From an uncultured cyanobacterium (GTDB lineage Bacteria > Cyanobacteriota > Cyanobacteriia > Cyanobacteriales > Nostocaceae): 64,000 nucleotides of DNA. The position numbers were made by a program, and so were the translations under genes. The stretch's first letter is position 1. Each line of letters begins with the position of its first letter. Shown here piece by piece: positions 51,206 to 60,700 of this stretch. Under the pieces are notes generated by a model, which was not told the origin of the DNA, made no database searches, and saw nothing but the letters and a program-made list of their open reading frames with translations. The DNA lies in assembly GCA_963706595.1 (NCBI GenBank), contig OY970166.1, positions 4,064,001 through 4,128,000 on the forward strand, written 5' to 3'.

Positions 51206-52819
51206 TCAGGAATACAATTTAGCCTCTAACTGTTTTAATATCCGCTTAGGATCATTCTTATCTCCTTTGAAAAACTTCCAAGCCGCAAAACCAGCACCAG
51301 CAGCAATTAACGCCCCGCCACCTGTTACTGCTGCTAATCCTCCTAACATTCCTAAACCACCCGTAGCTACAGAGCCACCACCTAATAGAGCTAAAGTTGC
51401 ATTAATCGCTGCACCTCCAGATAAAGTGCTAATTGCTGTCCCTGTACTAGCAACACCAAAAGCACCCGCAGCAGTCCAAACTGTACCAACAGCAGCAGCA
51501 CTTGTTGCAACTCCAACTCCAGCTGCAATTCCTAATTTTTTCTTATCTTCAGCATCCATTTGGCTAACAGAAGCAACGGATACTAAAGCAGCTGCACCAA
51601 TTAACGCGCCTCCACCCGTTGCTACTGCTAATCCTCCTAACATTCCTAAACCACCCGCAGCTACAGAGCCACCACCTAACCAAGCTAAAGTTGAACTAGT
51701 CGCTGCACCTCCAGATAATGTACCTATAGCTACTCCTGTTCCTGCTTTTATCCCATTTTTTGATGCAATTTGTATAGCAGTTGGGACAATTGCAGCAGCT
51801 TTTTTCACTGAATCGCTGATTATTCTGACTTTAGCAAGAACATCATCATTTTTCTTTCCGTTCTGATTGTTCACTGGTTCACGCATCAACTTGTAAATTA
51901 CTTTACAATCATCTGGTATCTGAGAATCTAAGATGAGTGAGTCTAATAATTTCAAATTTACTCGCTCAGAAACTTGTTTACCATCTATGAGTGCAGCATA
52001 GGTATTAAGTATATCGGATTTGTATGTACTACTTGTGATGCTAGAACAACTATCAATTAGATTGACTATAAATATATCAACAGTCATCGCTTTAGCTGTG
52101 ACACTGGAAGAGAAATATATTTGTTTAAGTTCGTCAGGCAGTGAACTATTTTGAATAATGGTATCAAGTTGATTTAAAATCTCAAAATTAGCTATGTTTT
52201 TTCCGGCTTTGATACACTGATATGTTCCTCTAATCAACTGCTTCTCATTCTTATTTAAGTTAGATGCAGTTAAGGCATTATCAATACATTGTTCTATTTG
52301 GAATAATCTAGAATTTTGACTTGCAATATTGTATCGCTTAGAAACTGAAGAATTTACTTGAGAGGATGAAATAATAAAATCTAATAAATTTAGAGCAGGT
52401 AAGTCATCTATAGATTTAGCATCGCTAATATTCTGATATACATTTGCACATTTTTCTTTGCTTGTTAACTTAATATCCGCATTGTTGATTAAGTCATATA
52501 TTATTTTCTCTATGTTTGTACTATTGTCAAACAATGTATGGACAGTGATAATAATATCATTTTCATTATCTATATATTCTGGTGAAAAATTTTCATAAAT
52601 TTTACTAATAATTCCTTTAAAAGAATTATTATTTTTATGTGAATTACGTCTTTTTAAGCGTAGTTTAGTTTCTTCCAAACAGTTAGCAGGAATTTTAACT
52701 TCATAGCTTTTTCCTGACCTTGATGTAACTTGTTGCGTTCCACCTTGCTTGGCTGTTCCATAAGCTACAAAAATGTGCTGTAACTCGTCTTGTTGAGCTT
52801 GCATATTTTGTTCTGTCAT
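51206..52819 (-). CDS. Hypothetical protein: DnaJ-C-like N-terminus, helical repeats, duplicated glycine-zipper region
   Basis: A..GG......GKSYEVKIPA.....KLRLK; three LD.II..S.(L/I/V) units; two 98-aa-spaced TG.AI.TLSGGAA...TLA.LGGGSVA.GGLGMLGG copies. Confidence 0.75.
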   Translation of the reverse strand: MTEQNMQAQQDELQHIFVAYGTAKQGGTQQVTSRSGKSYEVKIPANCLEETKLRLKRRNSHKNNNSFKGIISKIYENFSPEYIDNENDIIITVHTLFDNSTNIEKIIYDLINNADIKLTSKEKCANVYQNISDAKSIDDLPALNLLDFIISSSQVNSSVSKRYNIASQNSRLFQIEQCIDNALTASNLNKNEKQLIRGTYQCIKAGKNIANFEILNQLDTIIQNSSLPDELKQIYFSSSVTAKAMTVDIFIVNLIDSCSSITSSTYKSDILNTYAALIDGKQVSERVNLKLLDSLILDSQIPDDCKVIYKLMREPVNNQNGKKNDDVLAKVRIISDSVKKAAAIVPTAIQIASKNGIKAGTGVAIGTLSGGAATSSTLAWLGGGSVAAGGLGMLGGLAVATGGGALIGAAALVSVASVSQMDAEDKKKLGIAAGVGVATSAAAVGTVWTAAGAFGVASTGTAISTLSGGAAINATLALLGGGSVATGGLGMLGGLAAVTGGGALIAAGAGFAAWKFFKGDKNDPKRILKQLEAKLYS

Positions 52820-53067
52820 GACTAAATAGTATAGTGAGAGTTTTGGTAAGAAATATACCAATCATGACCATGAGTCTAAGTAATTAGCAACCGAATAAAC
52901 ACTTATAATCATGCAAATAATTTTAACCAAAACAGTATTATCAACCATACCCTCAAACTACAGCTTAAAAAACAAGGGTGTCAAATGACAGAAGAGCAAT
53001 ACCTCTGGTAAAGGGTGCGATCGCTTCGAGATAAAATAAATATAATCACGGTAAATATTGTAATTTT

Positions 53068-53409
53068 TTACCGACTATTGCTGATTTCCACAATCATTTC
53101 TCCTTGGCGCAATTGTTTAAGCGCAGCAGGTAATGTCAAATTCAGGAGTCGATGCAAATTACGATTAGTAACATTTCCACAAGTCAGCCAAAGAATTTGA
53201 GGGGGTATCCCTAGCCGACAAACCAAATCAACGAAATCACTGTCTTTAGTCATGATGATGACATTGGCGATTCTTGCAGCTTCAAAAATTTCGATATCTT
53301 TAGCGTCGCGGAGTCCAATATCTCTTAATGAAAAGGCTTCTATAGCAACAGTATTTGTTATCCAACTTGCCAATGTTGGCGGTAACTGAGCATCAATCCA
53401 AATCTTCAT
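53068..53409 (-). CDS. DUF5615 PIN-like toxin
   Basis: MKIWIDAQLP, D.EIF..A...IIMTKDSDF, WLTCGN; 4-nt overlap with the upstream antitoxin. Confidence 0.88.
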   Translation of the reverse strand: MKIWIDAQLPPTLASWITNTVAIEAFSLRDIGLRDAKDIEIFEAARIANVIIMTKDSDFVDLVCRLGIPPQILWLTCGNVTNRNLHRLLNLTLPAALKQLRQGEMIVEISNSR

Positions 53410-53630
53410 GCTGTCAAACGGACAAAATCAGTGCGACGTGCAGCAAACAAAAGACAAGCTTGAATATCTTCTGGTTCTAAATCAGGAAAGTCCTCTAAGA
53501 TTTCGTTAACGCTGACATTTTCCGCTAACATTTCTAAAATGTCGCTGACTCTAATTCTCATACCTCGAATGCAAGGACGACCCCCACATTGACCCGGAAT
53601 TTGCGTGATACGAGTCAATAATTCACTCAT
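53406..53630 (-). CDS. DUF433 antitoxin
   Basis: RIT..PGQCGGRPCIRGMRIRV...ILEDFPDLEPEDIQACL. Confidence 0.92.
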   Translation of the reverse strand: MSELLTRITQIPGQCGGRPCIRGMRIRVSDILEMLAENVSVNEILEDFPDLEPEDIQACLLFAARRTDFVRLTA

Positions 53631-53853
53631 TGAATTAATCGTTTATTGGGCTATAAAATTATATTTTACCATAATTTCGATATCATAAATTGACTATACG
53701 CTTTTTTCGACATTTTCAATATTTACTATGTGCGATCGCATATCATGAAAGTAGCAAGCTGACAAAGTGCCTGTCCTTGGCGTTCTTTGCGTCTTGGCGG
53801 TTCGTTTTCTCATTCTTCTGTAAGCCAAAATCCCATAAATCAATGAAAAAAAA

Positions 53854-54735
53854 TTGCAACCTTTAACACAGGGATATCAACTGCAATACACACATCCTCA
53901 CGGAAAACTTTATCAAGGTAATTCCATAGATTGGCTGACATCACTTGAATCCAAAAGCATTGATTTAGTCTTTGCTGACCCACCTTATAACATTAAAAAA
54001 GCTGAGTGGGACAACTTTGAGAACCAAGAAAAATATATCGATTGGTCAATTCAATGGATTAGCCAAGCTTCACGTATTCTTAAGCCCACTGGCTCACTTT
54101 ATATTTGTGGTTTTTCCGAAATATTAGCTGATTTAAAACATCCAGCATCAAAATATTTTAAAAATTGCCGTTGGTTAATTTGGCATTATAAAAACAAAGC
54201 TAATTTAGGTAATGATTGGGGACGTTCCCATGAAAGTATCATTCATTTTCGTAAATCTGATTCCGTTAAACTAAACATTGACGATGTGCGAATTCCTTAT
54301 AGCGCACACACATTAAAATATCCCTCTCACCCCCAAGCCCAAACCAGCGCCTACGGAAAAGGAACAAAGCAGAAACATAATAACTGGACACCTAACCCAA
54401 AAGGCGCAAAGCCTAAAGACGTAATAGAAATTCCTACTACTTGTAATGGAATGGATGAGAAAACACCCCACCCAACTCAAAAACCAGAAGAATTAATCAG
54501 AAAATTTGTATTAGCATCTTCTCAAGCAGGAGATTTGATTATTGATCCATTTTCAGGTTCAGGAACAACTGTTGTAGTTGCAGAACAACTTAATCGTTAC
54601 TGGATGGGATGTGATCTAAATATTGAGTATAACGATTGGGCTACTAAACGAATAGAAAATGTCCGTCGCCTGAGCAAAGAAGAATGGCTAGCCTTTGATC
54701 GTAAAAATGCCGAAAGAAGAGTATCTATCAGATGA
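53854..54735 (+). CDS. N4/N6 DNA methyltransferase, beta class, apparently orphan
   Basis: ADPPYN precedes HPTQKP and DPFSGSGTT. Confidence 0.92.
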   Translation: MQPLTQGYQLQYTHPHGKLYQGNSIDWLTSLESKSIDLVFADPPYNIKKAEWDNFENQEKYIDWSIQWISQASRILKPTGSLYICGFSEILADLKHPASKYFKNCRWLIWHYKNKANLGNDWGRSHESIIHFRKSDSVKLNIDDVRIPYSAHTLKYPSHPQAQTSAYGKGTKQKHNNWTPNPKGAKPKDVIEIPTTCNGMDEKTPHPTQKPEELIRKFVLASSQAGDLIIDPFSGSGTTVVVAEQLNRYWMGCDLNIEYNDWATKRIENVRRLSKEEWLAFDRKNAERRVSIR

Positions 54736-54738
54736 ATA

Positions 54739-54844
54739 TATAGCGGTATCCACTTCAATGAAGTAAATCATAGCCCCCTCCTCGCTTGCGGGGAGGGGGT
54801 TGGGGGTGGGGTTCTTGTATCTCACTTAACTGATAACCGCTATA
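54739..54844. mobile_element. 106-bp MITE, copy 2
   Basis: TATAGCGGT...ACCGCTATA ends; body matches 7528-7633. Confidence 0.8.
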
Positions 54845-54960
54845 TAAGGTTTCTAAATTATTATGCAGTAGAAACAGGGAGAGTGCATTTTTACCTAGTT
54901 ATCAGGTGCGAGGCTAATCATATCAAATTTGGGTGATTACTTATCATAAAATATGTCAAT

Positions 54961-55035
54961 GTAGGTTGGGTTGAACGAGAGTGAAACCCAACTCTGTCCA
55001 TGATGTTGGGTTTCGCAAAGCCTCTACCCAACCTA
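54961..55035. repeat. REP-like paired palindromic repeat
   Basis: GTAGGTTGGGTTGAAC...GAAACCCAAC / GTTGGGTTTC...ACCCAACCTAC. Confidence 0.7.
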
Positions 55036-55188
55036 CTTTAATTATAAGTGTTTAACCGAACCCAAAATCAAACGTTTTGTGCTGACAGATGCGGATTTTG
55101 TCATGGTGTTGTAGATGCTTCTACAAGTATTAGATAGAAATATTGAAAATTGTGTTGGGAGAGTCGCAGCGCGACTCTTATCCCCTGA

Positions 55189-55806
55189 CTAATTAGCTAA
55201 TTCTTGATACCGTTTTTGCAGGTCAGCAATTGTGAATACAGTCTGAAAGTTCAACCCCACTGACTGATAAAACTCTGCACCACCTTGTAGTCGGTCTACA
55301 AGTGTAATTACGGTATCAACCGTATAACCAGCTTCCCGAAGACGCTCAACGGCTTTCATGGCTGATTTCCCCGTAGTCACCACATCTTCCAAAACGATGA
55401 CTTTTGCACCTTCTGGCAAATTTGGCCCTTCAATATAAGCCCTTGTTCCATGACCTTTGGCTTCTTTGCGAATAATCAGCGCTGGTATGGGGCGATTTTC
55501 ATAAGCAGAAACCACACTTACGGCTGACACAATGGGGTCAGCACCCAATGTTAAACCGGCTACAGCTTGAGTATCTGTAGGTAACAGGGATAAAAGAATA
55601 CGACCAATGGCTAAAGCTCCTTGGGGATGAAGTGTTACCTGCTTACCATTAATGTAGTAAGAACTGCTTTGTCCTGAAGAAAGGACAAAATCACCCTCTT
55701 GATAAGCGAGTTGGCAAAATAAATTTAGTAGTTTGTCGTGCAGGGTGGTCAGGTCAGTAGTAGCTGCACTATCTGATTGGGTAAAGGTTTCAGTAGTATA
55801 TGTCAT
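55189..55806 (-). CDS. pyrE: Orotate phosphoribosyltransferase
   Basis: FVLSSGQ.S.YY, RKEAKGHG, PRPP-binding VLEDVVTTGKS. Confidence 0.96.
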   Translation of the reverse strand: MTYTTETFTQSDSAATTDLTTLHDKLLNLFCQLAYQEGDFVLSSGQSSSYYINGKQVTLHPQGALAIGRILLSLLPTDTQAVAGLTLGADPIVSAVSVVSAYENRPIPALIIRKEAKGHGTRAYIEGPNLPEGAKVIVLEDVVTTGKSAMKAVERLREAGYTVDTVITLVDRLQGGAEFYQSVGLNFQTVFTIADLQKRYQELAN

Positions 55807-55906
55807 TACAAAACAGGCAAAATTATGTTACACCAAAGGTTGAACTGATCAGAGTTCTGAAATTAAGCATAAGTTAGGATTGCCCAAAAGTTGAGGAGTA
55901 GAGAAT

Positions 55907-56341
55907 ATGGGTATTAATTTGAAAACCTTTGGTGGTTTATTAGCGTTGCTGGTTTCTGGTGTAGCTTTTCCCTCTGTTGTAGTTGCTCAAACAGAAACAA
56001 CCAATTATGAAACTACAAATAATACATTTGAGCGAGCTTTTTTTCGACACGATCGCAACTTCTACGAGAATAACAGCCCTAAGCGTCAGCTAGACTCATT
56101 TGTGGGCTTTGGTACTCCTTCGCGTAATTCTTTCCCAGAAAATGAAATCGCCCGCGATGCTGAGTTAGTTAACACTCTCTATCGTGATGTTTTCCAGCAG
56201 CAGGTAAGTAATGATCCGTATATTCGCACACCAGATTTACCCAATCCTTATGACACATCTTTGCTGATGTCTCCTCGTTTTAATGCTAACAAGCTCAGAG
56301 TTGGGACCGAGTTCCGATTTGAAAATGTGACCAGACGGTAA
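55907..56341 (+). CDS. Hypothetical exported protein
   Basis: Signal-peptide-like N-terminus, GAGGAG RBS, IRTPDLPNPYDTSL motif. Confidence 0.75.
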   Translation: MGINLKTFGGLLALLVSGVAFPSVVVAQTETTNYETTNNTFERAFFRHDRNFYENNSPKRQLDSFVGFGTPSRNSFPENEIARDAELVNTLYRDVFQQQVSNDPYIRTPDLPNPYDTSLLMSPRFNANKLRVGTEFRFENVTRR

Positions 56342-56408
56342 GATTGCTCAGTTTCAGATGGGGACTGGGAAATTAACTATTCAGCACTTAAAAAATTCCT
56401 ATGGAGAC

Positions 56409-56531
56409 GCGATGAATCGCGTCTCTACTTGGCGATGAATCGCGTCTCTACTTGGCGATGAATCGCGTCTCTACTTGGCAATGAATCGCGTCTCTACTTG
56501 GCAATGAATCGCTTCTCTACTTGGCAATGAA
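56409..56531. repeat. Tandem array of a 23-bp unit (GCGATGAATCGCGTCTCTACTTG), 5 copies plus a partial
   Basis: Read directly; no spacers; abuts the 3' end of the tRNA. Confidence 0.92.
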
Positions 56532-56535
56532 AAAA

Positions 56536-56608
56536 TCCAGGGTGCAGGAGTTGAACCTGCCTCGCGCAAATTATGAGTTTGCTGCCTCAACCGCTCGGCC
56601 AACCCTGG
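56536..56608 (-). tRNA. tRNA with CAU anticodon, probably tRNA-Ile2 (lysidine) rather than Met
   Basis: Reverse complement CCAGGGTTGGCCGAGCGGTTGAGGCAGCAAACTCATAATTTGCGCGAGGCAGGTTCAACTCCTGCACCCTGGA folds into a cloverleaf; Ile2 identity inferred from resemblance to plastid trnI-CAU. Confidence 0.92.
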
Positions 56609-56715
56609 TCGAATTCCTATTGTAGCTTAATTTGACTAATTGTGTAGACTCGACAATAGTTTACCACAAGATTATAGTACATATTTCCTCAAAAATAGTG
56701 CTTCTTAGGATTAAT

Positions 56716-56821
56716 TATAGCGGTTCTCGGTTGAGTGAGATACAAGAACCCCACCCCCAACCCCCTCCCCGCAAGCAAGGAGGGGGCTATGATGTATTTC
56801 ATTCAAGTGCATACCGCTATA
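56716..56821. mobile_element. 106-bp MITE, copy 3 (opposite orientation)
   Basis: Reverse complement of the element at 7528-7633. Confidence 0.8.
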
Positions 56822-56997
56822 AGTTTTATTAAGAAGTGAGGTACACGTCTGGCAATATTGTCATCTCCAGAAATTAAATATGCGTCTTCGCTAAAATGTG
56901 GAGAGTAGAAATATTTAAAGTATTTTTATGTGGGGGCTGCATTCATACATTTTTTGTTCAATACCCTTAAAATAGACCAGAATTTTTCCGCAATAGC

Positions 56998-57708
56998 TTG
57001 TCAGCGATGAAAATAAATTCCACTGTACTTCTAACTTTAACGTTGTTAATTCTGATGCTGGGTGCAGGTTCTGTGAGTGCGTTTTTAGGTTTTGATATGG
57101 GGAGTTCAGCGCTCAAAGGTGTCACAACACCAGACGGTCGCCCTACTAGCAAATTTCCTAACAGTAAGACCAATAACTCTCAACAGTTAAGTGTGGCACT
57201 ATTGAAAGAAGATGAGATCCTGAAAATTGTTAAGGCTCGAATTGAAGGTAAGACTAAGGCTGCTAAATCAGAAAAGCTAGAGGAAAATGACGAGGACACC
57301 AGAAGCACTAGGCAAAAGCCCAAGGAACAACCCCCAGCAGTGGTTGCAGAAAAACTTGAACCAGGATTTCCAGTTACTTCCGAGAGTGAGGGTGTAACTT
57401 TTGCGGTGCAGTCTGTTCGCTACTCTGGCGGTGATTTACTCATGAGAGTAAATATGCAGAATAAAGGTAATGATTCTGTGCGCTTCTTGTATAGTTTTCT
57501 GGATGTGAGTGACGAAAAAGGACGAACATTGAGTGCTAGTACAGAGGGTTTACCAGCAGAATTACCTCCTGATAGCCCAGCCGTTTCAGGTACGGTGATT
57601 ATTCCTACGGCTTTACTGGATGATGTGAATAAGATATCTCTGTCTCTCACAGACTATCCTGCTCAAAAACTGAAGCTAGAGGTGTTAAATGTTCCTGTAG
57701 AAAGGTAA
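56998..57708 (+). CDS. Hypothetical membrane-anchored protein with beta-rich C-terminal domain
   Basis: N-terminal TM, charged linker, VRFLYSFLDV motif; ATG 57007 is a likely start. Confidence 0.75.
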   Translation: MSAMKINSTVLLTLTLLILMLGAGSVSAFLGFDMGSSALKGVTTPDGRPTSKFPNSKTNNSQQLSVALLKEDEILKIVKARIEGKTKAAKSEKLEENDEDTRSTRQKPKEQPPAVVAEKLEPGFPVTSESEGVTFAVQSVRYSGGDLLMRVNMQNKGNDSVRFLYSFLDVSDEKGRTLSASTEGLPAELPPDSPAVSGTVIIPTALLDDVNKISLSLTDYPAQKLKLEVLNVPVER

Positions 57709-57830
57709 ATGGGGAGTGGGGAGTGGGGAGTTACTTCGACTACGCTCAGTAACCGAGGGAGTGGGGAGAAGAGGAAAAGGGGCAGGGGGCAGGGGGCAGG
57801 GGGCAGGGAGTATGATTCCAAGATGGGGGC

Positions 57831-59204
57831 GTGATTTTTACACGAGCTTTGGCGGTGAGTGGTTTTTCAACCTTAATTTGGACGGATGTGGGGCTGAGAT
57901 TGTTATCAGTGCTATTGCTGATTGCGATCAATGCTTTCTTTGTGACGGCAGAGTTTTCGATGGTGACAGTCAGGCGATCGCGCATTCATCAGCTGGTTGA
58001 GGCGGGTGATATTCCGGCGATCGCAGTTCAAGGACTACAACGTAGTATTGAAAGATTATTATCGACAACGCAGTTAGGCATTACCCTTTCTAGTTTAGCC
58101 CTGGGATGGATTGGTGAAAGTTCCATTGTGGTATTGGTGAAGTCATGGTTAAAATCCTGGCCTTTACCCTTAGAGATGAGTAATGTGATCGCTCATTCCT
58201 TATCAATTCCCATCGCCTTCTTTCTGATCGCCTATCTGCAAATTGTTTTAGGCGAATTATGTCCTAAATCATTAGCTATGTTGTACCCCGAAGAACTGGC
58301 GCGATTTTTAGGGCCTTCGGTAAAAGCCATCGTCCGTTTTTTTAATCCCTTCATCTGGATTCTCAACCAATCAACCCGGTTTTTGTTGCGAATTTTTGGG
58401 ATTGAATACACTGGACAAAGTTGGCGATCGCCTGTAACTTCAGAAGAATTGCAGATGATCATCTCCACAGAACGAGAATCTACTGGTTTAGAGCTTTCAG
58501 AACGAGAATTACTGAATAATGTCTTTGAGTTCGGGGATGTCATCGCTCAAGAAGTGATGACTCCCCGGACTAGCATTACCGCCTTGTCAAAAGATGCCAC
58601 TTTCCAGAACTTACTTCAGGAAATGATTTCTACTGGTCATTCCCGCTATCCCATCATTGGAGAATCTTTAGATGATATTTGCGGCATAGTCTACTTTAAA
58701 GATTTAGCCCAACCCTTAGCAGTAGGAAAATTGCCCCCAGAAGCAAATATCCAACCTTGGATGCGTCACGCCCGCTTTGTACCAGAACAAACGCCCTTAA
58801 GTGAACTATTACCTATGATGCAGCAAGAAAAGCCCGCTATGGTGATAGTAGTCAATGAATTTGGCGGTACTGTGGGATTACTGACCATCCAAGATGTGAT
58901 TGCGGAAATTATTGGTAACGCAGGCGAACCTGACACTATCAACGACTTGCTGGTGGAAATGTTAGACAATCAGACATTTTTAGTGCAAGCCCAGATCAAC
59001 CTCGAAGACCTCAACGAAGTTTTACATCTCAACTTACCTCTAACAAAGGAATACCAGACCCTGGGGGGTTTTGTGCTGTCTCAACTACAGAAAATTCCCG
59101 TTAAAGATGAAGTATTCTACTATGACAATCTGGAATTTACTGTAGTCTCAGCCGTTGGTCCACGCCTGCATCAAATTCAAGTGCGACGCTTAGAAGCAAA
59201 ATAA
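57831..59204 (+). CDS. Hemolysin-family/CNNM (DUF21-CBS-CorC) protein
   Basis: INAFFVTAEFS, TQLGIT, GELCPK, VMTPR, HSRYP, NEFGGT.G..T..D, TLGGF. Confidence 0.93.
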   Translation: MIFTRALAVSGFSTLIWTDVGLRLLSVLLLIAINAFFVTAEFSMVTVRRSRIHQLVEAGDIPAIAVQGLQRSIERLLSTTQLGITLSSLALGWIGESSIVVLVKSWLKSWPLPLEMSNVIAHSLSIPIAFFLIAYLQIVLGELCPKSLAMLYPEELARFLGPSVKAIVRFFNPFIWILNQSTRFLLRIFGIEYTGQSWRSPVTSEELQMIISTERESTGLELSERELLNNVFEFGDVIAQEVMTPRTSITALSKDATFQNLLQEMISTGHSRYPIIGESLDDICGIVYFKDLAQPLAVGKLPPEANIQPWMRHARFVPEQTPLSELLPMMQQEKPAMVIVVNEFGGTVGLLTIQDVIAEIIGNAGEPDTINDLLVEMLDNQTFLVQAQINLEDLNEVLHLNLPLTKEYQTLGGFVLSQLQKIPVKDEVFYYDNLEFTVVSAVGPRLHQIQVRRLEAK

Positions 59205-59310
59205 TGGTTATTGGTCATTGGTCATTGGTCATTGGAAGTTACCGTCTTCTCCCTCCTCCCTCCTCCCCCCTGCCCCCTGCCCCCTGCCCCCTGCCTCTTC
59301 CCTACTCCCT
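59205..59310 (-). repeat. Composite STRR module, copy 3
   Basis: Reverse core GGAAGTTACCGTCTTC at 59234-59249 with (GGTCATT)n and (CCCCTG)n flanks. Confidence 0.8.
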
Positions 59311-59986
59311 ATTCCCGATATGGCAATGGGTCTTTCAAGCCCAATTCGGCAAAAGCTGCTAGCCTTAAACGACAAGAATCACAGATACCGCAAGCGACAT
59401 CATGACCTGCGTAGCAAGACCAAGTTAAATTCCAAGGAACTCCCAATTGGTTGCCAAGTTGAATGATTTCGGTTTTTTTCAAATCAATTAGCGGTGCAAC
59501 AATTTCGATCGGGTTGCCCTCACGTCCTTGTTTGGTTCCTAGCTGGAAAACTTTCTGCATCGCCTGGATATAGTCGGGACGGCAATCAGGATATCCAGAA
59601 TAATCTAGAGCGTTCACTCCAATATAGACCCGTTCAGTCGCGATCGCTTCCCCATAGCCCAGGGCAAAGCTTAAGAAGATAGTATTCCGTGCAGGTACGT
59701 AGGTGACTGGAATACTTTGAGACATTTGTTCAAGCGATCGCTCTTGGGGTAAATTAATTGTGTCGTCCGTCAGTGCCGAACCGCCCCATTGTCGGAGGTC
59801 AAAGTTGACCACCTGATGTTTAACTACTCCAACTTTTTCAGCGACGAGAAAAGCTGAGTGCAACTCTCGCCGATGTCGCTGCTGGTAATCGAAAGAAATT
59901 GGATAACATTCATAACCATCAGCTTTGGCTTGATACAAAACTGTGGCAGAGTCTAATCCTCCAGACAATAGAATTACAGCTTTCAT
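59309..59986 (-). CDS. queC: 7-cyano-7-deazaguanine synthase
   Basis: LSGGLDS, TYVPARN, SGYPDCR, TWSCY...CGICDSC. Confidence 0.96.
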   Translation of the reverse strand: MKAVILLSGGLDSATVLYQAKADGYECYPISFDYQQRHRRELHSAFLVAEKVGVVKHQVVNFDLRQWGGSALTDDTINLPQERSLEQMSQSIPVTYVPARNTIFLSFALGYGEAIATERVYIGVNALDYSGYPDCRPDYIQAMQKVFQLGTKQGREGNPIEIVAPLIDLKKTEIIQLGNQLGVPWNLTWSCYAGHDVACGICDSCRLRLAAFAELGLKDPLPYRE

Positions 59987-60700
59987 AGAAATACCTAGTA
60001 TGTATGAAACTCAGTCACCAAGAGTGCTGAGAGGGAAGCAACACCAGCAGTTTTAACCGCAGTGATTATTAGTCCTGTGCAGCGTCGCATTCAGATCCGT
60101 TTCAAGTTTGGGATTTCCCATCGCCAAATTACACTTCAACAAAATGCCAGAAACAATGCTACAGTCCTCCTAAACCTATTTTGGCTATGGCAGTTTTTAC
60201 TGTGTTTACCATAGCCAAACAAAACTGCCTATACTAGCGCATGAAAAAAAGTAGTCGGCTCAATATGTAGAAGTTACAGATAATTATGCAAAAATTGTTT
60301 GAGTGTTTTAGCGGTGGCGATCGCGTGAAACATACCATACCACCATCACCATGCAATGTTTTCAAATTTCTGTATTTTTGATCACAAAATAATATTATTT
60401 TTGAATGGTGACAAATTAAATATTGATCCCGTTCATTAATTACCCAACCGGGTTGTTATGAGTTATTACTTACGTTTTCGTAGGTTTTCAAAGTCAAAAA
60501 TCAGACATATTATATTTTATGTGAAGCACAAAATATGGATTAATTTACAACTGAATATCCAAAAAAGCCAAGTTTCGGGAACTGATTACAAACTTTGAAA
60601 TTCTTCATAAATGTAACCTCTATGTTACCATCTGGATGGTTTTCGACAGAGCATAACTGGCTTTTAAGTATAAATAGCAACGGCCGTAGCGTCTCTAAAT

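Noticed and set aside
51162..51866. 234-aa Pro/Ala-rich plus-strand ORF
   Set aside because: Antisense shadow of the Gly/Ala-rich codons of the minus-strand gene
54732..54940. Endonuclease remnant starting at the ATGA overlap after the methylase
   Set aside because: Removing the MITE leaves only a short frame with no nuclease motif
56409..56531. CRISPR array
   Set aside because: Units are contiguous with no unique spacers, and no cas genes are present
59987..60110. preQ1 riboswitch upstream of queC
   Set aside because: I cannot see the class I stem with its A-rich tail; an Rfam covariance search would settle it
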